Positions 49,055 through 57,162 of a DNA stretch of 64,000 bases are shown piece after piece; position 1 is the stretch's first letter, and every line of letters starts with the position of its first letter. The stretch is from NCBI GenBank assembly GCA_011364925.1, contig RDOA01000008.1, positions 36,629 through 100,628 of the forward strand, written 5' to 3'. The stretch is from Promethearchaeota archaeon (GTDB lineage: Archaea; Asgardarchaeota; Lokiarchaeia; Sigyniarchaeales; SOKP01). Both the position numbers and the translations under genes were made by a program. Below the pieces are notes generated by a model. The model worked only from the letters and a program-made list of their open reading frames with translations, did no database searches and had not been told where the DNA came from.

Positions 49055-50202
49055 GAGAACCCACAGTTATAGAATCAAACGCAAACACATTTTACTTGAA
49101 GAAAAGGAGTATTCCTAAAGGATGCCAACAATGCTTACAAGGTGCTAAAGCAGTACTATTTCTTAACGGAATCTGTCAAAATCCAAATCATTGTTCGTGG
49201 TATTGCCCAATCTCTGAAAATAGAAAAGGAAAAAAAGACACCTACATAAATGAGACTCAGATCTCTTCTAAGGAGCAAATACTAAAAGAACTTGAACTTA
49301 TTAATGCGAAAGGTTTGAGCATTACGGGTGGAGATCCTTTATTTGAACCAAACTTAATAAACACATTGGATTATATAAAATTTATCAAAAATAGTAAAGG
49401 AAATAATTTTCACATCCACCTTTATACTAATGGTCTTAATTTTGACGAAGAAATCGCCAAAAAACTCGCTCAGGCAGGATTAGACGAAATCAGGTTCAAT
49501 CCCCCTAAAGAGCACTGGAAAGTAATTAAATACGCCCTAAACAAAGGTATGGTTGTAGGCGCTGAAGTTCCTGTTATTCCAAATGTGAAGAAATTAGAAG
49601 ATTTGAAGGAATTTATCTTTTATTTAGATAATCTAGGTGCAGATTTTATTAATTTAAACGAATTTGAATATTGCTTTCCTAATAGTCAAAACCTTAAAAA
49701 TCAAGGATATTTTCTAGAAGAAGGCACAATAGCATCTGTTAAGAACAGTAAAAAAAGTGCGATTTCCCTTTTAAAAGAAATCGCTCCAAAAGTTTCACTA
49801 CAAATTCATTTTTGTACTATTCGAGCAAAAGATTATTGGCAATTGAAAGAAAGGTATCTAAGACGAGCAAAATCGATTAAACTACCTTACGAGCAAATTA
49901 CAAGTGAAGGTTTACTATTATATGCTCAAATAGAAGGAAAACGAGGAGAAATTAAGGATTTTTCTACAGTGTTATTAAATGAATTAAAATTTCCTCGAAA
50001 ATTTATATCTTATGACGAAGATTATGTTAGATTACCAATCTGGATGGCGATCAGGGAATCTTTCATCGATTTAATAGATAAGTATAATTTAAAAGGATAT
50101 ATCGTAGAAATTACTCCGTTTAGAGATGATCGATACCGACAAATAACAGAAAAAACACCTATAAGGCTATTCAAAAAAGAGATGGGTTTAAATGAAGATT
50201 GA
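49051..50202 (+). CDS. radical-SAM-like Fe-S protein (non-canonical Cys spacing)
   Basis: Cys cluster CQNPNHCSWYC (C-x5-C-x3-C), plus ITGGDPL, HLYTNG and EIRFN strands typical of the radical SAM TIM barrel. Confidence 0.6.
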   Translation: MREPTVIESNANTFYLKKRSIPKGCQQCLQGAKAVLFLNGICQNPNHCSWYCPISENRKGKKDTYINETQISSKEQILKELELINAKGLSITGGDPLFEPNLINTLDYIKFIKNSKGNNFHIHLYTNGLNFDEEIAKKLAQAGLDEIRFNPPKEHWKVIKYALNKGMVVGAEVPVIPNVKKLEDLKEFIFYLDNLGADFINLNEFEYCFPNSQNLKNQGYFLEEGTIASVKNSKKSAISLLKEIAPKVSLQIHFCTIRAKDYWQLKERYLRRAKSIKLPYEQITSEGLLLYAQIEGKRGEIKDFSTVLLNELKFPRKFISYDEDYVRLPIWMAIRESFIDLIDKYNLKGYIVEITPFRDDRYRQITEKTPIRLFKKEMGLNED

Positions 50203-50638
50203 TAATGTAGATCTTAAAGATTTAGACGAGATATACGATCTAGAAAGAAGAACTTTTAAAAAGGATGCTTTTTCTAAAAAGCTGATTCTGAATTTAATCG
50301 TGAAAAATACTTTTTTTTTCAAGCTTGTTGATGGCGAAAGTCAGAATAATATTGTTGGATTCATCATAATTATACAAGATCGAGAAGATAGAGTGAATTT
50401 GGTTAACTTTCTAATCGAGAAAAAACATCAAAAAAAAGGTTGTGCCACTTATTTACTAAACTTTACAATATCAAAAATAAAACAATTGGATAAAATTAAA
50501 TCAATCGTATTAAATGTGAACTCTAAAAATGAAGTTGCCATAAATTTGTATCAGAAATTGAACTTTCGAATCGTTCAGAAAATAGAAAACTACTATCGGC
50601 AAAAAGAGAGTGCATACTTGATGGTATTGAACATTTAA
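50192..50638 (+). CDS. rimI: GNAT N-acetyltransferase, RimI/Ard1-like
   Basis: HQKKGCATYLL acetyl-CoA loop (Q/R-x-x-G-x-A). About 148 aa. Overlaps the upstream gene by 11 nt. Confidence 0.8.
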   Translation: MKIDNVDLKDLDEIYDLERRTFKKDAFSKKLILNLIVKNTFFFKLVDGESQNNIVGFIIIIQDREDRVNLVNFLIEKKHQKKGCATYLLNFTISKIKQLDKIKSIVLNVNSKNEVAINLYQKLNFRIVQKIENYYRQKESAYLMVLNI

Positions 50639-50746
50639 TCTTTTTCTAAAAACCAAGACTTATAAATAAATTCTATTATAAATTTTGTATAGAACCTATT
50701 GAAAATTTGCTCAAAAAAGGAAATTAAATAAGAGTGTTGAGGTAAA

Positions 50747-50902
50747 ATGACCCCATTAGGTGAGGAATTAAAAGAAGAAATCAAAAGAGGCGTTACGCTC
50801 CAAAAGGTTGACGAAGAAGACATGAGAAAACGCGAAGAAGAGAAAAAGCGACGAATGGAAGAATTAGAAAAAGTCAAAGAAGCCTTAGGAGCAAAAGATT
50901 AA
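50747..50902 (+). CDS. 51-aa K/E-rich microprotein with WH2-like N-terminal motif (absent from the ORF track because it is under 60 aa)
   Basis: My own translation: MTPLGEELKEEIKRGVTLQKVDEEDMRKREEEKKRRMEELEKVKEALGAKD. GAGGT Shine-Dalgarno 3 nt before the ATG, an in-frame stop 3 codons upstream, and oligo-T tracts just downstream. The competing minus-strand ORF (50635-50877) is Ser/Phe-rich antisense junk. Confidence 0.45.
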   Translation: MTPLGEELKEEIKRGVTLQKVDEEDMRKREEEKKRRMEELEKVKEALGAKD

Positions 50903-50906
50903 AGTA

Positions 50907-50944
50907 TTTGTGTTTTTCGTATTTTTATTTTTTTTCTTTATTTT
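50907..50944 (+). terminator. oligo-T transcription termination tracts
   Basis: tttgtgtttttcgtatttttattttttttctttatttt lies directly after the microprotein stop. Archaeal RNAP terminates on T runs. Confidence 0.4.
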
Positions 50945-51049
50945 AATGAAAAGACAGACTTAGGTGCAATTTAACTTCTTATTAACATTATAACATTTAT
51001 AGATAAGCAATAGTTGTGCAAAATTGAATTTAGGAGTTGGATTTCGTAC

Positions 51050-52123
51050 TTGAGAATTCTGGAGATTGATGAAAAAAACGAGATTATTTCAGTAAGAGCT
51101 GAAGATTTAAATGACTTATGGACATTGTATAATGTCATTGATAAGAACGATGAAGTGTCAGCTAGAACTCAAAGAAGAATTGTACTAAAAGAAGGTTCAA
51201 AAGGAGAAAGAAAGCAAATGCACTTGAAACTTAATGTTGAATCTGTCTCTTTCCATGAATTTACAAACAGGTTAAGGGTAAAAGGGACTATTTTAGAGGG
51301 TCCAGAAGATTTCGTTACGTTCGGAACCTATCATACATTCAATATAGAACCTGGACAGAAGTTGTCAATTAAAAAGGAGAAATGGCTAAAGAGCGAAATT
51401 AAACGCCTTAAAAAGGCATCCATTTTCGAAAGTGATTTTAATATGGTAATAGTAGCAATTGAAACGGGATTAGCAACTATAGCTCTTATTACAAACTTCA
51501 GTCATAACAGGATTGCGACAATAAAGAAAAATATACCAGGAAAGAGATACGAACAATCGTTCAGAAATAAAGCTATAGAAGAATTTTTTTTAGACATCAG
51601 CAAAGTTCTTAATGAAAATCTTAAGCGTGTTAATACTAAAGCACTAGTAATATGTGGTCCAGGAAATACGAAGGAGCGTTTTGGTCAATTCTTTAAAGAG
51701 AAAAGTTTAATTCCAAATTTACCAAAAACCTATTTCGTCCAAGCTAGTTCTGGAACGGAGAGCGCTATTTTAGAAACTATGAAGTCAAAAGAATTAAAGA
51801 ATCTGAAGGAACATGTAAAAGTTATACTGGAAACCGAGAAAATTGAAGACATTATGCAATTATTTTCAACAAATTCAGATCTTATTGCGATTGGCTTTAA
51901 CGAAATATCCAACGCAATTGAAAAAGGTGCTATTAAGGAATTGTTTTGCGTTGATGTTTTAATTAGAGGAGTATCGAAAGAAGAAAAATTACAAATCGAG
52001 CAAATCCTAAATGGAGTTGAAAAAATCGGTGGAGAAATTCATATTTTAAGTAGTGAACACCCTACGGGACAACAAATAATTGATTTAGGATCTCTCGTAG
52101 CTATTTTAAGGTATAAAATTTAG
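51050..52123 (+). CDS. pelA: Pelota (Dom34 homolog, mRNA surveillance)
   Basis: RILEIDEKNEIISVRAEDLNDLWTLYNVI matches the canonical Pelota N-terminus. eRF1-like middle and C domains. Start inferred at TTG 51050 with GGAG 13 nt upstream; the ORF track uses TTG 51014. Confidence 0.9.
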   Translation: MRILEIDEKNEIISVRAEDLNDLWTLYNVIDKNDEVSARTQRRIVLKEGSKGERKQMHLKLNVESVSFHEFTNRLRVKGTILEGPEDFVTFGTYHTFNIEPGQKLSIKKEKWLKSEIKRLKKASIFESDFNMVIVAIETGLATIALITNFSHNRIATIKKNIPGKRYEQSFRNKAIEEFFLDISKVLNENLKRVNTKALVICGPGNTKERFGQFFKEKSLIPNLPKTYFVQASSGTESAILETMKSKELKNLKEHVKVILETEKIEDIMQLFSTNSDLIAIGFNEISNAIEKGAIKELFCVDVLIRGVSKEEKLQIEQILNGVEKIGGEIHILSSEHPTGQQIIDLGSLVAILRYKI

Positions 52124-52141
52124 AAATCAAATCTTATTATT

Positions 52142-53191
52142 TTGGTCACGATTGTGAGTGAAGAAATTAAATACTTAGATAAAAATTCAGAGATACCCTT
52201 AATGGGTGTAGATTTTCTTGGAGTTATTGATAGAGGGACAAATATCATCGAACTTAAACCCCTAACACTCTGCAATTTACGATGTAAATATTGTTTTGTT
52301 AGTTCAGGCGATTATTCTACTAACTTTATCGTTAATTCACAATTTCTAGTCGAAAAAGTTAAAGAAACTGCTAAAATAAAGGGAAACTATGATCTTGAAA
52401 TACATATCGCTCCTTACGGTGAAATGCTACTTTATAGAGAATTATATGATCTATTAGGTAGCTTGTCAGAAATAAAAGGTATATCAATAATATCAATGCA
52501 AACTAATGGATTGTTATTGACTAAAAAAGCTATTGAAAGATTAAAAGAAAGCAAACTTACGAGAATTAACATCAGTTTAAATAGCTTAAAAGAAGAATAT
52601 GCCTCTTATTTATGCAATTGTGCTCATTATGATGTTGAAAAACTAATCAAGAATATTTATTCTCTCCTGAATAGCAATATCCAAGTATTAGTAGCACCAA
52701 TTTGGTTTCCAGGAGAGAACGAAAAAGATATAGAAGAAATCATAGAGTTAGTCCTCAAATTAAGAAGTGAAGGTTTTTCAAAACAACAAGTTCAAATCGG
52801 AATTCAGAAGTATTTGATTTATAAAACAGGTAGAACTCTAAAGAAAATACAACCAAAATCGTGGGACTATTTTTACCGACAATTATCACGATTAGAAAAG
52901 AAGTATGACATAAAATTGAAACTTGGACCAAGAGATTTTGGCATACATAAAAGAACGCAAGTTCCCAGTTTGAATCTTAAAAAAAACGACCTGCTAAATG
53001 TAAAAATCGTCTCAAGGGGTCGATGGTTAAACGAGTGTATTGGAAAAATCAACGATAACCAAGGAATTAAAATCCTTTTGAAAAAACCAGTTGTTTTTTC
53101 CGAAGAATTAGTAGGTAAAGTCATTGTAGCAAAAGTTATTAAAGCAAACTATAGAGATAATATACTTACAGCTTTATTTCCATACAAATAA
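52142..53191 (+). CDS. radical SAM protein with C-terminal TRAM-like domain
   Basis: Canonical CNLRCKYC (Cx3Cx2C). The C-terminal LLNVKIVSRGRW..GKVIVAKVIKANYRDNILTA is a TRAM-like beta barrel. TTG 52142 or GTG 52154 start. Confidence 0.75.
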   Translation: MVTIVSEEIKYLDKNSEIPLMGVDFLGVIDRGTNIIELKPLTLCNLRCKYCFVSSGDYSTNFIVNSQFLVEKVKETAKIKGNYDLEIHIAPYGEMLLYRELYDLLGSLSEIKGISIISMQTNGLLLTKKAIERLKESKLTRINISLNSLKEEYASYLCNCAHYDVEKLIKNIYSLLNSNIQVLVAPIWFPGENEKDIEEIIELVLKLRSEGFSKQQVQIGIQKYLIYKTGRTLKKIQPKSWDYFYRQLSRLEKKYDIKLKLGPRDFGIHKRTQVPSLNLKKNDLLNVKIVSRGRWLNECIGKINDNQGIKILLKKPVVFSEELVGKVIVAKVIKANYRDNILTALFPYK

Positions 53192-53286
53192 TTGGTAAGT
53201 AAAAAGACTAAATATTATAATTATGAATTTACATATGAATTATATCTTATATCATTTTTAATTAGAATTAAGTTGGATTGATTAAA

Positions 53287-53910
53287 ATGAGCCCAATTAT
53301 TACACATGAAGACGAACTTGAATTAGCCGACATGGAAAAAGAATTAGCAAATCAAATAAAAAAATTAGCCAAAGCCCAGAGCGCTTTAATCGATTCTCAA
53401 AAAAAATACGCCGATAATTTGAGAAAAGCAAATTTAGCTAGAGATATGTTAAATAGGTCTTTTCGAGATGTACTGAAACAAATGCAAACACTGGTAAGAG
53501 AGAGAAAGTCTAATATCAAAGATGAAGAAGTCAATTACTTTCAAGACATTATCCATAAAAATGACGAATACATTACTGTTAATAATAAATATATCGACGC
53601 AATAAAAGATCTTGCAACCAAAAAGGATTACTTGGTGGAAAAAAAATACGAGTTTGCTGACGCTTTAAGCGAAGTGGCTAGTACGCGAGGTGTAGTTATT
53701 AAAAAAGCGTTGTCTGTAGAAAAAAAGAAGAATGATTTAATTGAGGGAGAAAAAATGAAAATTTTAGAATCTGAATTGAACGATCTTCAAAGAGAGTTTG
53801 ATCGCGCACGAGATGTGCTGCTTAAAAAGATTAGTCAATTTCTTCAGGTCAAAGACGAAGTAGATGAACTCTGGGTCAATTTAAAAAAATCAGTTGATAA
53901 ATCTAGCTAA
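53287..53910 (+). CDS. all-helical coiled-coil protein (~208 aa), unknown function
   Basis: Heptad-rich K/E/D sequence throughout. ATG 53287 lies 3 codons inside the TTG-started track ORF. Confidence 0.6.
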   Translation: MSPIITHEDELELADMEKELANQIKKLAKAQSALIDSQKKYADNLRKANLARDMLNRSFRDVLKQMQTLVRERKSNIKDEEVNYFQDIIHKNDEYITVNNKYIDAIKDLATKKDYLVEKKYEFADALSEVASTRGVVIKKALSVEKKKNDLIEGEKMKILESELNDLQREFDRARDVLLKKISQFLQVKDEVDELWVNLKKSVDKSS

Positions 53911-54049
53911 CAGTAGTTTTACTTTTTTTTAACTTTTATTTTTTGATTAAAATGTTTTGTATGAGCTTAAATTTATTAAACAGTGCAAATATATAATATT
54001 TAGAAAATTTACTAGGATATATCGTCAAAATTAAAATGGAGAAAGTAAA

Positions 54050-54493
54050 ATGGCAGAAGAATTCGCAAATTTCATGCAAGAAACAAAAAAAGCTCCACTT
54101 GAAGAAAAATTAAACGCTTTTGGAGATATCGTTGAAAGAATGATGTCTGTTATTCTGAGGATTCCAGATTTAGTAGATCAGTCTCTAGCAAGTGTTGGAC
54201 AAAGAATTTCAACTTTAGAGTCACGATTAACCACAATTAATAGTGAAGTGTCAGCTCTTAGAACAAGAGGTTCTGGAACAGCTCCAGTTATCGCTGCACC
54301 TTCTGCTCCTACGAGTGCTCCTCCGCCCACATCGGGTCCACCTGGAGGTCCCCCCGGTGGCCCACCTGGAGGCCCACCACCTCCGCCAGGAGGTCCTGGT
54401 GCAGCACGCCCAGCGAGTCCTGTAAGCTTAAGAGGTGCTATAATGGGCGAGCTAAAACAATTATTTTCAAAAAGAGCTCAATCAGGACAATAA
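54050..54493 (+). CDS. coiled-coil / polyproline (GPPGG repeat) / basic C-terminal helix protein
   Basis: GGAG SD (tggagaaagtaaaATG). aa 1-72 are helical. aa 79-124: APVIAAPSAPTSAPPPTSGPPGGPPGGPPGGPPPPPGGPGAARPASP. The C-terminus is SLRGAIMGELKQLFSKRAQ. The Pro tract forms a GC-rich island in AT-rich DNA. Confidence 0.7.
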   Translation: MAEEFANFMQETKKAPLEEKLNAFGDIVERMMSVILRIPDLVDQSLASVGQRISTLESRLTTINSEVSALRTRGSGTAPVIAAPSAPTSAPPPTSGPPGGPPGGPPGGPPPPPGGPGAARPASPVSLRGAIMGELKQLFSKRAQSGQ

Positions 54494-54618
54494 TCCTAAA
54501 TTGTTTTTATTTTATGAATTAAGGATAATTTCCCAATTTATTTCTAAAGAAATTACAAATATATTAAGATTAAAATTAACTAACAAATATATCAATATAA
54601 AGAATTATAAGTGCAATA

Positions 54619-56361
54619 TTGGTTAATTCGGTGCCGAACGCATTAAATCGTGAAGTTGAATTCTCTAAAGTTAGAATTGCTCACGATTTTCAGAAGCAAA
54701 TATTAGAAATCCCTTCTTTTATAAGAGTTCTCAATAATTATTATTATAATAAAACTGTTGTCCAATCAAAATTAAAACCTTTAGCATTAAGGAAATTCAA
54801 AGGAGGGAGGAAACCTTTAGAGACTAATAAAAATTGGCTTTATCTTCTTCCTACGCCTTTAAATGTCTTAAGTAGGGATTTACTTCATAAAAAAGATGCT
54901 TTTCAATTCCCAGATAGCATTTTGTTATTTGAAGCTTGGATGAACTTAGGATTGGGTGCGTTATACCCTAGATTAGCGCTACACTATAAATTCCCAGGAA
55001 TATTAAAGAATGAAAAAATAAGGCATGTTTTTCAATTCACATTTTCTACCTCAAGAGGATTTGGATTTCCAATCTATTTTGGACCACAATTTTATGAGTA
55101 TTTTTTGACGATTGGTAAAATTCTTGAACCCTTATTTAAGTGGAGTCATACCATTTGTCATAGAGCTAATCAGGCCATATTTCTGGTCGGTAAGAGATAT
55201 GGGATTAAAAGGCATCATCCTGGGGAATTTGAATCAGTTATTATTTCAGAATATGAAAATAATATGTTTAAAGGGATTGACACTCTCCTTCATGGATATT
55301 TCACTCAAGACCCAAAAAAACTGGGAACATACTCAAATTTAGACGAGATTCTTGATAATACGATGTTTTCTTACTCTATTGGTGATCACGCTATGAGTAT
55401 AGAAAGAAAAGTTAAGAATCAGACAATTACTATTCCTCTGATTACTCACGATTATATTGTTAACAAGTATAGTGTCAATTTTTATGAGTATCTAAAAGGT
55501 TTAATTTCCATCAAGAATCTTCTTATTAAAAAGATTTTGCTCTATAAAACGCAGAGAAAAGCATACATTAACAAATTAAAAAGAATCGATAAAATTAAAT
55601 TTAGATTAAGCCAATCTAAAAAAAAATCCATTCCCAATTTAAGATTGTTTAAACGATTTTCTAAAATTCAAGAATCTTCGCTTCACATTAAGCTTATGGA
55701 ACAATTATTGGAAATATTATGGACTTCACCGTTGTACACTCACGCAATTCACCACAGTATAAATGAAGAAATCACTTCTCAAAAATCTACAGACAACGAA
55801 ACCCTTACCAATTTTGAAAAAGATTCAATGGATTCAATATTTTTATTATATATAAAATTTTTCGAACAAAATAACGATTTTACATTTAAGGAAGTTGAAG
55901 TTTTTGACGAATTAAGGAAGGCTAGGGATCTAATAGGAACTATGTGGTTATCCTTTAAAGAAAAGCATTTTAAATTCGGTATTAAAAAAATAAATGAACT
56001 TTCACTTTTATCCATTACCAGGCAAGATTATAATAAATTTGTAAACGATATGATAAATAACCTCATACCTATATTTTCAATTTACGAAATCTTTAATAGA
56101 TCGCTTTCAGAATCCGTTTATCCAGAATCTATCCCTCAAACCAAACGAATAGGAGCTTATATCGCAAGTTTTTTAACATCAAGGTTCAATCCTTTTGGTG
56201 TAAATTTAATGAACCTCTTCAACAGGCTTGCCTTTTATAATTGGAGCTACTTCATTATAAAAAAGAAGCTTAATCGAACCAACTTTTTCAAATCAATTTT
56301 TAAGCTCCCTATATGGAAGTATATCCCTCCCAACATTGAAAAGAAAATTCTATCTTGTTAA
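54619..56361 (+). CDS. hypothetical protein (580 aa), orphan
   Basis: Long clean ORF with a TTG start and an aromatic-rich N half. No motif recognised. Confidence 0.55.
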   Translation: MVNSVPNALNREVEFSKVRIAHDFQKQILEIPSFIRVLNNYYYNKTVVQSKLKPLALRKFKGGRKPLETNKNWLYLLPTPLNVLSRDLLHKKDAFQFPDSILLFEAWMNLGLGALYPRLALHYKFPGILKNEKIRHVFQFTFSTSRGFGFPIYFGPQFYEYFLTIGKILEPLFKWSHTICHRANQAIFLVGKRYGIKRHHPGEFESVIISEYENNMFKGIDTLLHGYFTQDPKKLGTYSNLDEILDNTMFSYSIGDHAMSIERKVKNQTITIPLITHDYIVNKYSVNFYEYLKGLISIKNLLIKKILLYKTQRKAYINKLKRIDKIKFRLSQSKKKSIPNLRLFKRFSKIQESSLHIKLMEQLLEILWTSPLYTHAIHHSINEEITSQKSTDNETLTNFEKDSMDSIFLLYIKFFEQNNDFTFKEVEVFDELRKARDLIGTMWLSFKEKHFKFGIKKINELSLLSITRQDYNKFVNDMINNLIPIFSIYEIFNRSLSESVYPESIPQTKRIGAYIASFLTSRFNPFGVNLMNLFNRLAFYNWSYFIIKKKLNRTNFFKSIFKLPIWKYIPPNIEKKILSC

Positions 56362-56391
56362 TAAGATTGATAAAATAAGGAATTAAATATT

Positions 56392-56973
56392 CTAAAATTC
56401 CAGAAATCCAGGATCATCAAAAATGTCGTCAATTTTCTTTTCTTTCTTCATATCGCTATCATCGTGTTCTGTAAACAATGACTCGTCATCGGTTTTTATC
56501 CCCTTCTCCAATTCTAATGTATCTAATTGAAGTAATGCGTTCTTTTCTTTTCTTTTATATTCTTCAGCTTTTGTTTTCCATCTATTTACTTCCTCGAGAT
56601 CGACATTGTTCTCGTCCTCTAAGGCTTCAGCAGCTTTAGCTTTACAAAGATCAGTTAAAATAGAGTAACATAAAACTAATTCCCCCCACTCGTTCTTCTG
56701 TTTTAACTTTGCTATTCTTTTCTCTAGTCGCTGAAGTTCTTGATCAGCATAAAAGATGTCTATAAAATCTCCAAATGCATCAACAGGTTCCGAAATAGAA
56801 TTAACAAGCACTTCCTTAGTTAGCCCACAATGGCCACACTTCACCGTAGCTATTGCACTTTTCCTAATATTTTCCACTTTTACGGATTTCTCTCCGCAGT
56901 TAGGGCATGTGAATATCTTCGGAACTTTTTTCACTCTTTTATAGGTTTGCTGCTTTCTTTTTCGTCTTCCCAT
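56392..56973 (-). CDS. elf1: transcription elongation factor Elf1 homolog with long C-terminal coiled-coil/acidic extension
   Basis: MGRRKRKQQTYKRVKKVPKIFTCPNCGEKSVKV..VKCGHCG..SEPVDAFGDFIDIF aligns with eukaryotic Elf1 (basic N-tail, CxxC..CxxC, SEPVDVYSDWID). It is followed by ~115 extra residues. Confidence 0.8.
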   Translation of the reverse strand: MGRRKRKQQTYKRVKKVPKIFTCPNCGEKSVKVENIRKSAIATVKCGHCGLTKEVLVNSISEPVDAFGDFIDIFYADQELQRLEKRIAKLKQKNEWGELVLCYSILTDLCKAKAAEALEDENNVDLEEVNRWKTKAEEYKRKEKNALLQLDTLELEKGIKTDDESLFTEHDDSDMKKEKKIDDIFDDPGFLEF

Positions 56974-57162
56974 CGAAATTCATACTCTAGTCTTTTTTAT
57001 TTTATTTGTAAATAATTCAATCAACCAAAACTAAAAAATTTTCGCTTTTCTGAAAGTAGAACAGAGGAAACCAAAAGATTTTTTAGGAATGCTTAATTTA
57101 TACACTTACTCTTTTTAGCTGAACTAGAAAATTGTATTTTTAATTGTAAGTTGATTTTAGGT

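Noticed and set aside
50635-50877. 80-aa minus-strand ORF listed in the track (MTFSNSSIRRFFSSSRFLMSSSS...)
   Set aside because: It is Ser/Phe/Leu-rich low-complexity sequence, typical of the antisense frame of a K/E-rich gene. It has no SD and overlaps rimI at its 3' end. The plus-strand 51-aa ORF has an SD, a clean terminator and a meaningful motif.
53287-53910. Idea that the 208-aa helical protein is an ESCRT-III/Snf7 or PspA-type subunit and a substrate for the nearby AAA+
   Set aside because: Size and helicity fit. However, I cannot see the basic-N/acidic-C polarity, a MIM-like C-terminal motif or any family signature, and the gene is separated from the AAA+ cluster by three genes, one of them on the opposite strand. 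I left it as an unassigned coiled-coil protein.
54243-54425. Alternative-frame 60-aa ORF within the polyproline gene
   Set aside because: It is on the same strand but in a shifted frame across the GC-rich repeat. Its Leu/His/Val-rich translation has no start context. The main frame has an SD and extends on both sides.
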